In this document: positions 39,440 through 49,516 of the stretch, piece by piece
How the letters are laid out: each line of letters opens with the position of its first letter
Numbering within the stretch: the first letter of the stretch is position 1
Origin: an uncultured delta proteobacterium
GTDB taxonomy: Bacteria; Desulfobacterota; Binatia; Binatales; Binataceae
Assembly (NCBI GenBank): GCA_963842085.1
Contig: CAWJET010000001.1
Coordinates: forward strand, 1,248,001-1,312,000
Direction of reading: 5' to 3'
DNA length: 64,000 nucleotides
The notes under the pieces: generated by a model
Seen by the model: only the letters and a program-made list of their open reading frames with translations
What the model was told of the DNA's origin: nothing
Database searches by the model: none
Position numbers and translations under genes: made by a program

Positions 39440-40453
39440 CTATTGTGGCGTCTCGTAGCGGCTTGCCAATTGCAAATTGACCAGAAGAACATTGACGAAC
39501 TTTTCCCCAAACAGACCGCCAAGGGGAGCCGAAGCGTTTGCCTCCAGGATTTGCTCGATTTGATCGTGCACCTGCTTCGGGTCCAGTTTCTTATCAGCCG
39601 CCCACTTCTGAGCGACGCGATCCAACTGATATTCCGCGTTATCCAGCGTGATATCCGGATCAAGGCCCGACGCCGATGCCATAACCATGTCAGCGGGGAC
39701 ATCCTGGAGCGGCGCATCTGGATGGTCCTGTCTCCACATATCGAAGAAGATCGATTGGACGTCCGATCCGCTGGCGACCAGTTCGATGTCGGTTTGCGAT
39801 TTGCCATTAGGCAGCTGCTTGGTCACTGACGATGGGAACTTGCCCGGATTGTCCTTGGAGAAATTCTCGAAGAACAGGACGGCAAGGTCCGACGCCTGCG
39901 GCTGAGGCGTGCCCGGATTCTGCTTGATCCAGTCGTCCACCGCGCTCTTGTGACTCTTGGACCAGTCAGTTACGTACTGAGCGTGAGCAGGATCAGCGCT
40001 TACCCATCCTTGCGCGAGCCCATTGTGGTTGTCGGCCCATTGTGCAACGAGGTGGGGCTGCCCCTGGTATTGATCTTTCTGAAACCACGCCTCGATGTCG
40101 GGAGCAACCAACTGGCCAGCTTCGGGGCCGCTCTTGTATTTGACGATGGGCCCCAGCATCCGCGCGACCCTATCTCGCAGCGCATAGTTGGACGCCGCGA
40201 GTGCCGACGAGGTACTGGCGGAGGCATCATAAGACGCGGCTGAAGGCCGTGGCCAGAAGTACTCGTCCTTGGTGAACGGCTGTGCGATCTGCAGCGAGCC
40301 GACTGGCTTGCCGTCCGGTCCCGTGACCATGCTGCTGTTGGCGGTGAATGGAAAGAAGGTCTGGCCGATAGCCCACACTGCGAGCGGATAGGCTATAGCG
40401 CAAATTACGACCGTCGCAGCTAGAAGCATCAGGCTTTTGATTATGTTTCGCAT
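39440..40453 (-). CDS. kdpC: Long-form KdpC (337 aa, large internal insertion)
   Basis: YFWPRPSAASY, MASASGLDPDI, VNVLLVN. Confidence 0.85.
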   Translation of the reverse strand: MRNIIKSLMLLAATVVICAIAYPLAVWAIGQTFFPFTANSSMVTGPDGKPVGSLQIAQPFTKDEYFWPRPSAASYDASASTSSALAASNYALRDRVARMLGPIVKYKSGPEAGQLVAPDIEAWFQKDQYQGQPHLVAQWADNHNGLAQGWVSADPAHAQYVTDWSKSHKSAVDDWIKQNPGTPQPQASDLAVLFFENFSKDNPGKFPSSVTKQLPNGKSQTDIELVASGSDVQSIFFDMWRQDHPDAPLQDVPADMVMASASGLDPDITLDNAEYQLDRVAQKWAADKKLDPKQVHDQIEQILEANASAPLGGLFGEKFVNVLLVNLQLASRYETPQ

Positions 40454-40487
40454 CGTTTTTCCTGTCTTCGAAGAAGACGGTCTCTAG

Positions 40488-40606
40488 CAGGTTGCGGAAA
40501 AAGGGTTTTTGACTCCTGATGACATTGATCCAAGACGCATTCTCGTGATCGTAGTAATGCTTACTCTTCGCCGAAATCGTCTTTCATTGAGTTTTTCCGC
40601 AACCTG
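40488..40606. mobile_element. 119-bp IS5-related MITE, copy 2
   Basis: Identical to 32040-32158; its CTAG target contains the kdpB stop codon. Confidence 0.9.
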
Positions 40607-42772
40607 CTAGGCCACCACGTGCAAGGTGGTGAGCATTACGTCGATGAGCTTTATGCCGATGAACGGTAGAATGACGCCGCCGACTCCCCAGACCATCAGA
40701 TTTTTGCGCAACAAAGCATCGGCGCCGAGTGGCTGATACTTGACACCTTTCAGCGCCACTGGGATCAGGATTGGAATGATGACGGCGTTGAAGATGACCG
40801 CCGACAAGATCGCGGACGTGGTCGAATGAAGATTCATGATATCCATGGCCTTCAGCCACGGCAGTGTTCCGGCAAATAGCGCCGGAATGATCGCGAAGTA
40901 CTTGGCGACGTCGTTGGCGACCGAAAATGTCGTGAGCGCGCCGCGGGTCATCAGGAGCTGCTTGCCGATCTCGACGACCTCGATCAGCTTGGTGGGATCG
41001 GAATCGAGGTCCACCATGTTGCCGGCTTCCTTAGCAGCCTGCGTTCCGGAGTTCATCGCCAGCCCAACGTCGGCCTGGGCCAGCGCCGGAGCGTCGTTGG
41101 TGCCATCACCGACCATCGCCACGAGTTTGCCTTCGCCCTGCTCCTTGCGGATGTAAGCCAGCTTCGATTCGGGAGTGCATTGCGCGACGAAATCATCGAC
41201 GCCGGCGTGCTTCGCAATCGTCGCAGCAGTGAGCGGATTATCGCCGGTGATCATCACGCTGCGTACGCCCATCGCGCGCAGACGTTGCAGACGCTCGCTG
41301 ATGCCGGTCTTGAGAACGTCGGACAGCACAATGACCCCAACAATGTTTGCGCCCTCGGCAACCACGAGCGGCGTCGCTCCCTGCGAGCCTATAGCATCGA
41401 CGACGGAATCAAGATCCGACGGAATCGAACCTGACTGGTGCTCGACAAATTTGGCCACCGCGTCCGGCGCTCCTTTGCGGATCGGTTTGCCGTCGGGAAG
41501 ATCGACACCACTCATGCGTGTCTGCGCGGAAAAAGCGACAAAGCTCGTGCCATTGGGCGCCGTGACATCGGCCGGAGTTCCGCCGCGGTCGAAATGGAGC
41601 TTGACGATGGTTTTTCCTTCGGGCGTCTCATCCGCAATCGAAGCCAGGGCCGCCAGCCGTCCAACTTGCTGCGCCGTATATTTGCCGACCGGCAGGAAAT
41701 CCGTCGCGTGACGATTACCCATCGTGATCGTGCCGGTCTTGTCGAGCAGGACGGTATCGATGTCGCCCGCGGTTTCGACCGCTTTGCCGCTCTTGGCCAT
41801 GATGTTCGCTTGCAGGGCGCGATCCATTCCGGCAATGCCGATGGCTGCCAGCAGCGCACCAATCGTCGTCGGGATCAGGCACACGAGCAACGCAACCAGC
41901 GTCGGCACATCGGTACCAAGGCTCTTCAGCGGTTCAGTGAGACCGAGATACCCTGACATATAGATCTCGGCATTCAGCGCCATCGGCCAAAGCGGAATCA
42001 CCACAATCAAAAACGCCAGGCTCAATCCGGCCAGAGCCAAGGTCAGCGCGATCTCATTGGGCGTCTTCTGGCGTACAGCTCCCTCGACCAGAGCGATCAT
42101 GCGATCTAGGAACGATTCGCCGGTGGCCGCTGTAATCTTCGCGACGATGCGGTCCGAAACGACACGAGTTCCGCCTGTCACGCCCGAACGATCTCCTCCC
42201 GCCTCGCGAATAACGGGAGCCGATTCGCCGGTGATGGCGGATTCATCGACCGACGCGATTCCTTCGATAACTTCACCGTCGCCCGGAATGATTTGCCCAG
42301 CTTCGACTGCGACACGGTCTCCGGGTCTCAGGTCGGCAGACGATACCTCCTCGATCATGTCCTTGCCCTTGAGCCGATAGGCGGGCGTGTCCCTGCGCGC
42401 TTTTCGCAAGGATTCCGCCTGGGCGCGCCCGCGTGCCTCGGCCAGAGCAGTCGCGAAGTTAGCAAATAGAACAGTCAACCACAGCCAGAAGTCGAGAGCT
42501 ATGAAGTAGCTGATAGGAACCTGACTCGCAGATTGGCTGACTGCCGCTTGTATTATGAACAGCAGCGTGAGCACCGAACCGATTTCCACGACGAACATGA
42601 CCGGGTTGCGCCACTGTACGTCCGGCCGCAGCATGAGGAATGCTTCTTTGATCGCTGGCCATACCAGCTCGGGGGCGAACAGCGCCTGTGCGCGGGATCG
42701 CCTTGGCGGCACAGGCATCTCTGGCGTGATGTGAATCTCAGGTTGCGCGGGATATTTCTTTAAAGCTTCCAT
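40607..42772 (-). CDS. kdpB: K+-transporting ATPase subunit B, second copy
   Basis: [30 protein letters not shown]. Confidence 0.95.
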   Translation of the reverse strand: MEALKKYPAQPEIHITPEMPVPPRRSRAQALFAPELVWPAIKEAFLMLRPDVQWRNPVMFVVEIGSVLTLLFIIQAAVSQSASQVPISYFIALDFWLWLTVLFANFATALAEARGRAQAESLRKARRDTPAYRLKGKDMIEEVSSADLRPGDRVAVEAGQIIPGDGEVIEGIASVDESAITGESAPVIREAGGDRSGVTGGTRVVSDRIVAKITAATGESFLDRMIALVEGAVRQKTPNEIALTLALAGLSLAFLIVVIPLWPMALNAEIYMSGYLGLTEPLKSLGTDVPTLVALLVCLIPTTIGALLAAIGIAGMDRALQANIMAKSGKAVETAGDIDTVLLDKTGTITMGNRHATDFLPVGKYTAQQVGRLAALASIADETPEGKTIVKLHFDRGGTPADVTAPNGTSFVAFSAQTRMSGVDLPDGKPIRKGAPDAVAKFVEHQSGSIPSDLDSVVDAIGSQGATPLVVAEGANIVGVIVLSDVLKTGISERLQRLRAMGVRSVMITGDNPLTAATIAKHAGVDDFVAQCTPESKLAYIRKEQGEGKLVAMVGDGTNDAPALAQADVGLAMNSGTQAAKEAGNMVDLDSDPTKLIEVVEIGKQLLMTRGALTTFSVANDVAKYFAIIPALFAGTLPWLKAMDIMNLHSTTSAILSAVIFNAVIIPILIPVALKGVKYQPLGADALLRKNLMVWGVGGVILPFIGIKLIDVMLTTLHVVA

Positions 42773-42836
42773 TGTCTAATCCTTAGTGAGTCAATCGCGC
42801 GTAAAAGTGTCACGCTCTAAGAGTTGAGCCCTTCGG

Positions 42837-44654
42837 CTAACCGCCAAATGGTAATGGTCCAAGATGTTCCGCGACTGGACCGAGTGCGGCTACAGGCAAG
42901 AACAACAAGGCGCCGACTATTGCGATCGTTCCAACCAGCAAGCATCCGAAAGTGAAAGTATCGTCGCGCAGGGTCCCTAAGCCGAAGGGCGTGGTCTTTT
43001 TCATTCCAAGGAAACCAGCCATCGCGATCGGCGCCAAAATCGGCAAGAAGCGGCCGAGCATGATGACTATTCCCGCCGCTATGTCCCAAGGAACAGCTTC
43101 GGGCGCGGCGTTTGGATTGTTATTCAGCCCGTAGGTGACGCCCAGGCCATCGAATGCGGAGCCGTTGTTAGCTGAGTCCGATGAGAATTGGTAAACGATC
43201 TGCGAAAATCCGTGCGATCCCGGATTGCTCTCAGCTTTTATTCCCCAGTTTGTTGCGGAAAATAATCCCGCGGGGAAGAGAATGACCAGCGGATGCACCA
43301 GCAGCGCAATCAACGCCAGTTTTACTTCGCGCGCACCGATCTTCTTTCCCAGGTACTCAGGCGTTCGACCAACCATCTGCCCAACTACGAAGATGCCGAT
43401 GATGAGAAAGAGCAGCATGTTGATCATGCCGACGCCTTTGCCACCGTAGATGCAGTTCACCCACATCCCAAAGAAGGGCGACAACGCCGCCATCGGATTA
43501 AGACTGTCGTGCTCACAGATAATTGCGCCGCAGGTGAAATCCACCGTGGCGGCCGCAAACGTCGAGCCCGCTGAAGTCCCGAAGCGCAACTCTTTGCCCT
43601 CCAGGTTGCCCAGATGCTGATCGACAGGCAGGCCCGCCACAGCTGGCAGAGTAATGTCGCGCTTACCGCCGGGCGCAGTAGCGCTTGCGATCGAGAACGT
43701 TCTACTTTGCGGGTGGGCTGTAAGCCCTGGGTTAGGCTTTAGAGTGTCGAAGTAGATTGACCAGAGAATCGTGCCCGCAAGCAGGGCAAACATCACCGAG
43801 AATATGACGAGCGAATGGCGCCGTCGACGGAGCATGATGCCGTACATCCACACCAACGCCATCGGAAACCACATCATCGACGATGTCGTAATGAAATTCG
43901 ACGCGGCGTCCGGATTTTCAAACGGATGCGCTGAATTCATTCCGAAGAATCCACCTCCGTTCGTTCCCAGCATCTTCATTGGAACAAAGGCAGCCAGGGG
44001 ACCAGTCACAATGGTTTGCTGTTTGGGCTGATTGTTGTTGTCCGTACCCATCGCGGCAGGTTCGAGCGTGTTCACCTGGTAGTCGCTCTGGTAGGTCATC
44101 GGCATGCCTTGAACCAAAAAGACCATGCTGAGGATGAAGACCGCAGGCAGGAATGTGTAGAACACAACACGCCACATATCCTGGAAAAAGTTGCCGACAT
44201 GCTCATCGCTGCGAAAAGCTCGAATGATTGCGGTCAGGGCGCAAAACCCAATCGCGGCCGAAAGAAAGAACATCGGAAGACAGAAGAATATCTGACTGAA
44301 ATTCGAGAACGACTGATCGCCCGAATAGTGTTGAATGTCGGTGTTGGTACTGAACGATATGACCGTGTTGAAAATGGTGGTCGGCGAAAGTGCTCCGAGG
44401 CCTCGTGGGTTCAGGGGAGCCCACGGCTGAACCACCAGGACGAGATATCCGAAAGCGTAAAGAACGGTATTGAATACGAGCAGAGAGACTGCATACTGCT
44501 TCCAGTTCTGCGGTCCGCTGCTAACCCGGTCCTCACACCACTTAAATAGCAGTGGAGGACGGTAACGTCCGTCCATGATCCACGCGAGATACTTGCCCAG
44601 CGGATAGGAAACAGCAACGCTGAAAATGAGAACCGTGATAGGCAAAGACCACAT
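42837..44654 (-). CDS. kdpA: Variant KdpA
   Basis: TNTDIQ, TNGGG, TCGA, NNGSAF; GRTPEYLGKKI. Confidence 0.92.
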   Translation of the reverse strand: MWSLPITVLIFSVAVSYPLGKYLAWIMDGRYRPPLLFKWCEDRVSSGPQNWKQYAVSLLVFNTVLYAFGYLVLVVQPWAPLNPRGLGALSPTTIFNTVISFSTNTDIQHYSGDQSFSNFSQIFFCLPMFFLSAAIGFCALTAIIRAFRSDEHVGNFFQDMWRVVFYTFLPAVFILSMVFLVQGMPMTYQSDYQVNTLEPAAMGTDNNNQPKQQTIVTGPLAAFVPMKMLGTNGGGFFGMNSAHPFENPDAASNFITTSSMMWFPMALVWMYGIMLRRRRHSLVIFSVMFALLAGTILWSIYFDTLKPNPGLTAHPQSRTFSIASATAPGGKRDITLPAVAGLPVDQHLGNLEGKELRFGTSAGSTFAAATVDFTCGAIICEHDSLNPMAALSPFFGMWVNCIYGGKGVGMINMLLFLIIGIFVVGQMVGRTPEYLGKKIGAREVKLALIALLVHPLVILFPAGLFSATNWGIKAESNPGSHGFSQIVYQFSSDSANNGSAFDGLGVTYGLNNNPNAAPEAVPWDIAAGIVIMLGRFLPILAPIAMAGFLGMKKTTPFGLGTLRDDTFTFGCLLVGTIAIVGALLFLPVAALGPVAEHLGPLPFGG

Positions 44655-44696
44655 TCGCTTTCCGTCCTATTTGAGTGACTTCAGAAGTGAAAGTTG

Positions 44697-44777
44697 CTAA
44701 AACCATTCGGGCCGAACCATCGCAGCGACCAGATACCCGAACACGAAGACTGCAACGACAGCTGTGACGTAAATCAT
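44697..44777 (-). CDS. kdpF: KdpF subunit (26 aa)
   Basis: MIYVTAVVAVFVFGYLVAAMVRPEWF*. Confidence 0.85.
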   Translation of the reverse strand: MIYVTAVVAVFVFGYLVAAMVRPEWF

Positions 44778-44787
44778 GACACCCAAC

Positions 44788-44883
44788 CTAAATATTTTCG
44801 CAACCGATCAAGAACAGATAGCAGAGACCCAGACCTGCAAGCCCGAGCACAAACGTCGCTGGCAGCCAAATCCAAAGATTCAT
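44788..44883 (-). CDS. 31-aa membrane peptide upstream of kdpF
   Basis: GGAGG RBS; MNLWIWLPATFVLGLAGLGLCYLFLIGCENI*. Confidence 0.7.
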   Translation of the reverse strand: MNLWIWLPATFVLGLAGLGLCYLFLIGCENI

Positions 44884-44974
44884 GACACCCTCCAATCGAG
44901 AAACGGGCCACCTCGCGGTGTGCTGCCTGAATGACAACCGACCAAGCGATGCAGCCTGAACACAACGACGAGGT

Positions 44975-45368
44975 AGCAACTTCGGTGCTTACTGAAAAAG
45001 TGAGTAACGACGCCGACTTTTAAAATGTGAAAAGTACAGGATGCTCAGGGCAAGTCGAGCAAGTGCTGAAGTATGGATCACTCTTCAGGGTCGCTGGGTT
45101 TCATAATGAAAATCGGATTGGGGCAGATCTTGACGAAGGTCTAGTTGTTCGCGAAGGGCGATTGGTCTGCGTAATTCCGCATGCTGTTCTGAGGAGTCCC
45201 CGGCTCTAGGAAGGCCGCGCCCCGATACTGAAGGGCGAATTGAACGCTGATATTTCAATATGAAAAGACTCCTGCCCGGCGGTGCGGATGCGCCTGTGGC
45301 AAAAGGCAATTGAATCCATATGAACAGCCGGGTTTTCCCCCGAGTGCCTCTGTGGCGCGGTAATTGCT
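44975..45368. promoter_or_regulatory. Divergent sigma54 promoter region with two perfect TTTCA-N3-TGAAA sites
   Basis: Sites at 45099 and 45253; TGGCGCGGTAATTGCT at 45353 (+); AAGCACCGAAGTTGCT at 44990-44975 (-, AG instead of GG). Confidence 0.6.
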
Positions 45369-45405
45369 GATCCTTATTTCCAGCGGAGGACACGGCATAC
45401 ACCAT

Positions 45406-45912
45406 ATGGATGAAGACACACCGCAGATTCTGGTTCCAATCGACTTTTCCTCCGATTCGCAGCCGGCGCTGGAATATGCCGTTGGCTTGGCCCGGAGACA
45501 ATTCTCTGAAATCGTCTTGATCCATGTGGTCGAATCTTTACCGCACGGGGTCTATCAGTGGTGCGATCCTTCAGACCTGCATGACCAACTTGCGAAAAAC
45601 GCAAGGCGTCACCTTGAATGTTTCGAGAAACGAGCGCTCGATCTATATCCGCACTGCAGGAGCGAGGTTCATTTCGGAGCGCCCGCACAAGCGATTGCGA
45701 CGCGCGCAAGCACCCTCAAGGCAAAAATGATCGTCGTATCTGTTCGCCGCCGAACCGGCATTTTCGACAGATTGCTCGAAGGATTGCCTGAGAAACTATT
45801 GCGCCTCGCGCCCTGTCCCGTGCTCGCAGTCCAATCCGCTGCGAGCGACCGCCGAACCACCTTAGCTTCCAGCCATCCTCAAGATACCCTGAACTGTCTC
45901 AGTCTTTTTTAG
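45406..45912 (+). CDS. Universal stress protein
   Basis: ILVPIDFSSDS...LLRLAPCPVL; paralog of 25014-25448. Confidence 0.88.
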   Translation: MDEDTPQILVPIDFSSDSQPALEYAVGLARRQFSEIVLIHVVESLPHGVYQWCDPSDLHDQLAKNARRHLECFEKRALDLYPHCRSEVHFGAPAQAIATRASTLKAKMIVVSVRRRTGIFDRLLEGLPEKLLRLAPCPVLAVQSAASDRRTTLASSHPQDTLNCLSLF

Positions 45913-46014
45913 TCCACCGGTCCGCAAGGTTGGTTGCGTTCGACAGTGACGGCTTATAGCTACTGTGGCAACTGTATCGGACTGCGTCTTTAAAAGATCC
46001 GATTTTTAAATCGA

Positions 46015-48573
46015 ATGGATCTTCAAGTCATCCTGTTGTTGCTGGCCGGGCTATTGATCGCAGTTGCATTCAGTCAGCCACTGGCCGATCGACTCGGGCT
46101 GTCACCGTCCGTCCTGTTGGCCTTGGTCGGGATAGTGATTGGACTGACTTCGATCCTTCTGACACACACTGGGCTAATCGCGTTTACCTCGATGGCAAAC
46201 GTGATCGTCAATCTGCCGTTTCACTCAGAAGCGTTCCTGTACATTTTCCTGCCTATGCTGGTGTTCGAGGCGGGCTTGAACATCGAAGTGCGGCGCATAG
46301 TAGAAGATGCGGCGCCAATTCTCCTGCTCGCAGTGGTCGCGGTTCTGGTCGCGACCGTCTTCATCGGCGTGGCGCTGACGCCGCTGGCAAAAGTTCCGAC
46401 CGTCGCCTGTTTCATGCTCGGCTCGATTGTGGCGACCACTGATCCAGTCGCCGTAATCGCAATCTTCCGCGATGTGGGAGCGCCCTCGCGGCTGAGTCGG
46501 CTGGTCGAAGGCGAGAGCCTTCTCAACGACGCTGCGGCTATTACGCTGTTCGTGATGCTGCTGCAGAGCCTGATCGGCGGGCAACCGCTCGGTCTCGGCG
46601 CCGCACTTGTCTCGTTCACGCGCAGCTTCGTGGGCGGCATGATCGTCGGATACATCGGCGCGCGGGCGCTCATCGGTATGCTGCGATGGCTGCTCGATCT
46701 GCGCCTCGCACAAGTGACTGTCACGCTTGCGCTGCCATATATTGTTTATATTGTTGCTGAGCGCGAACTGGGAGTTTCTGGAGTAGTGGCGACTCTTACC
46801 TCGGGGCTGGTCATGAGTGCCACCGGGCAGCGGCGCATGGCGCCTGACGATTGGCATTTTCTGCGCGAGATTTGGGAGCAACTCGCATTCTGGGCGAGCT
46901 CGCTGATTTTTTTGCTGGCTTCTTTGCTCGTCCCGCGAATGCTGCTCAATGCCGATTGGCACGACATAACGCTGCTCGGCGTGTTGATTGGAGCGGCGTT
47001 CGTCGCGCGGGCGCTGGTCGTGTTCGGCTTGCTCCCGCTGATGAGCTGGCTCGGTCTGAGCCCGGCAATCGACAATCGCTTCAAGGCCGTGATTGTGTGG
47101 GGCGGGTTGCGCGGCGGATTGACGCTGGTGCTGGCGCTTTCCGTGACGGAGAATCACGGTATTGCGCCGGAGGTACAGCGGTTCGTCGCGACACTCGCGA
47201 CAGGCTTTGTCGTATTCACCCTTCTCGTCAACGGCACGACCCTGCGCTTTCTGCTTCGTCTGGTGGGGCTTGACCGACTCTCCAGCGTCGACCGGGCGCT
47301 GCGCGATCAAGTGCTCAGACTGTCGCGAGCTCGAGTTGCTGACGCCGTTCATAAGATCGGCAACGGATATGAATTTTCCGAAGGTCTGATTTCCGAAGTC
47401 ACTCGCGAGTTGGCCGCTGGGGCAACCGCAGCGAGCAGCACTGCATCGAGCGTAAGCGACGACGACGCCCATCAGCTCCTGCTCGGGCTGGTCGCGCTGG
47501 CGAACCACGAACGCGAGCTCGTCCTGGGGCACTTTGCTGAACGCACCATCTCCGGACACATCGTCGAAGAGATGCTGGTTGGCGCAGGACGCCTGATCGA
47601 TCACAGTCGCACCGGCGACCCGGCCGAATATCTCCGCGTCGCGCAGGAGATGGTCGATTTCTCGCGATGGTTTCGATTCACCCACTGGCTGCATCGTAGT
47701 CTCAGGATCGAAGCGCTCCTGGTCGATCGCCTGGCGGAACGGTTCGAGTCGCTGTTGGTCCAGCAGATCATACTCAGAGAGCTGGAGAAGTACCTGGAAG
47801 AAAAGTTGGTTCCACTGGTCGGTGCGAAGCTGGGCTTGAGGTTGCGCGAGGTGATGCGTGGGCGTCGCGAGATGACCAGCACGGCGTTGGAGGCATTGCG
47901 TCAGCAATACCCGTCCTATGCCGAGAACCTCGAGCGCCGCATCTTAAACCGCACATGGCTTCGGCGTGAAGACATGGAGTACCGTTCCTTGTTCGAAGAG
48001 GGAGTCATTGGCCCCGAGCTTTACAGCGACCTGCGCCGAAAAGTGCAGCTGAGTCGATCCGAAGTCGAGGTCCGACCGCGCCTCGATCTTGGGCTCGAGA
48101 CCAGGGAGCTCGTGGCCAAGGTACCGATGTTTGCAAAACTGAGCGAGACCCAACTTGATATTATCGCGCGCAAGCTGAAACCCCAGTTTGCCATCCCGGG
48201 GGAGCGGCTCATTCGCGACGGCGACCGCGCCGACGCTATGTACTTCATCTCGTCTGGAAAGGTAGATGTCGAGGTTGTGGGGCAGACGATTCATCTGAAG
48301 CCGGGCGACTTCTTCGGTGAGATGGGACTTGTGACCGGCCAGCGCCGGCGCGGTGACGTTTACGCGCGCAGCTATTGCCACCTCCTCGTCCTGAGAGACA
48401 CGGACTTCAACAATGTGCGGCGAAGCGACAAGTCGCTCGAAGCACAAATCGAAGCCGTAGCGAGTGCTCGTATTGCGATGAACCAGCAAGCGACCGACAA
48501 GTTAGCGGATAGGCCGGAATCTCCGGATGAGACAACACCTTCAGGAGAATTTCGTCGGAACTCAGATTCCTGA
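46015..48573 (+). CDS. CPA1 cation/H+ antiporter with a C-terminal cyclic-nucleotide-binding domain
   Basis: TDPVAV, GESLLND, WGGLRG; MYFISSG..GDFFGEMGL..RRGDV. Confidence 0.92.
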   Translation: MDLQVILLLLAGLLIAVAFSQPLADRLGLSPSVLLALVGIVIGLTSILLTHTGLIAFTSMANVIVNLPFHSEAFLYIFLPMLVFEAGLNIEVRRIVEDAAPILLLAVVAVLVATVFIGVALTPLAKVPTVACFMLGSIVATTDPVAVIAIFRDVGAPSRLSRLVEGESLLNDAAAITLFVMLLQSLIGGQPLGLGAALVSFTRSFVGGMIVGYIGARALIGMLRWLLDLRLAQVTVTLALPYIVYIVAERELGVSGVVATLTSGLVMSATGQRRMAPDDWHFLREIWEQLAFWASSLIFLLASLLVPRMLLNADWHDITLLGVLIGAAFVARALVVFGLLPLMSWLGLSPAIDNRFKAVIVWGGLRGGLTLVLALSVTENHGIAPEVQRFVATLATGFVVFTLLVNGTTLRFLLRLVGLDRLSSVDRALRDQVLRLSRARVADAVHKIGNGYEFSEGLISEVTRELAAGATAASSTASSVSDDDAHQLLLGLVALANHERELVLGHFAERTISGHIVEEMLVGAGRLIDHSRTGDPAEYLRVAQEMVDFSRWFRFTHWLHRSLRIEALLVDRLAERFESLLVQQIILRELEKYLEEKLVPLVGAKLGLRLREVMRGRREMTSTALEALRQQYPSYAENLERRILNRTWLRREDMEYRSLFEEGVIGPELYSDLRRKVQLSRSEVEVRPRLDLGLETRELVAKVPMFAKLSETQLDIIARKLKPQFAIPGERLIRDGDRADAMYFISSGKVDVEVVGQTIHLKPGDFFGEMGLVTGQRRRGDVYARSYCHLLVLRDTDFNNVRRSDKSLEAQIEAVASARIAMNQQATDKLADRPESPDETTPSGEFRRNSDS

Positions 48574-48732
48574 TCGCGCGTGATTGAGCCGCTGTGTGCA
48601 GCGACGCGAATTGATGGTCTTCACTACAAGCTGCTCAGACTCCCGCCGGCTCCCAATCCCCTCTTTTGTGTCCGCCAAGCTAAGAGCTTCGAATGCGAAG
48701 CCTTGAGGTATGGCTCTGCGATCCGCCACTCA

Positions 48733-48837
48733 TTTCAAAATGAAATACTGCCGCTATTCAAAAGGAAATCTTCTGAACGCATAGCCAGGCGGTAACCCAA
48801 TCAAATCGCGGTGTTTTTCGACGGCACACCCTATGCA
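48733..48837 (+). promoter_or_regulatory. Paired enhancer sites and sigma54 promoter
   Basis: TTTCAAAATGAAA (48733), ATTCAAAAGGAAA (48756), CGGCACACCCTATGCA (48822). Confidence 0.7.
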
Positions 48838-48898
48838 ATTGAATCCAGGAAATACTGCTGCCGCTTTTCGGATGCGGCGGCCGTCGCTGGGAGAAATC

Positions 48899-49255
48899 GT
48901 GAAGCGAATTGAATTAGTAATAGAACCTTCTGCGCTTGGCCGTTTCATAGAGACCGCGCGAGCGATGAATTTGTCCGATTTCGATGTCACCGAAGTTCGC
49001 CGCTCTCCTTCGCGCGATCGGCGAGAGCGCCAGCGACTATATCGAGGTCAGACGTTTATGGTCGATCTGGAAGAGAAGATCAAAATCGACATCAACGCAG
49101 CCGACGAAGCAGCGAGCAGAACGGCGCACGCGTTGGTTGCGAGAGTCAATCCGGAGAGCGTCGCGATTCTTAGGCTCGACCAGGCAAATCTGTTCGACGA
49201 TTCCGAGCGGGTCAGAGTTAGCGCGCTATCGCGCGAAAACGTCGCTGCAGCGTAA
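48899..49255 (+). CDS. Divergent PII-like protein
   Basis: GGAG RBS and GTG start; KRIELVIEP, TEVR, LYRGQTF, KIKIDI; lacks GDGKIF. Confidence 0.7.
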   Translation: MKRIELVIEPSALGRFIETARAMNLSDFDVTEVRRSPSRDRRERQRLYRGQTFMVDLEEKIKIDINAADEAASRTAHALVARVNPESVAILRLDQANLFDDSERVRVSALSRENVAAA

Positions 49256-49516
49256 TAACCTCAGAAGGACGCCTGTCGATCCGCGGCATCACCATGATTT
49301 TTAACCTTCGGAGGCTCGCTGCTCGGCCAGGATCTGGTTGGTCGCGAGGGCCAGTTAGATGCCAGTTGTTCTCATAATATTGACGGTTTTGATCGCAGTC
49401 GCTCTCTACTTCGATCGTGGAGAGACGCATGGCGATACAAAAGATGACCGGAAACGGACGCACCATGCAAACATGGTGCATCCTCCGCGCTGATCTGTCC
49501 GCAATTTCTCCACACT

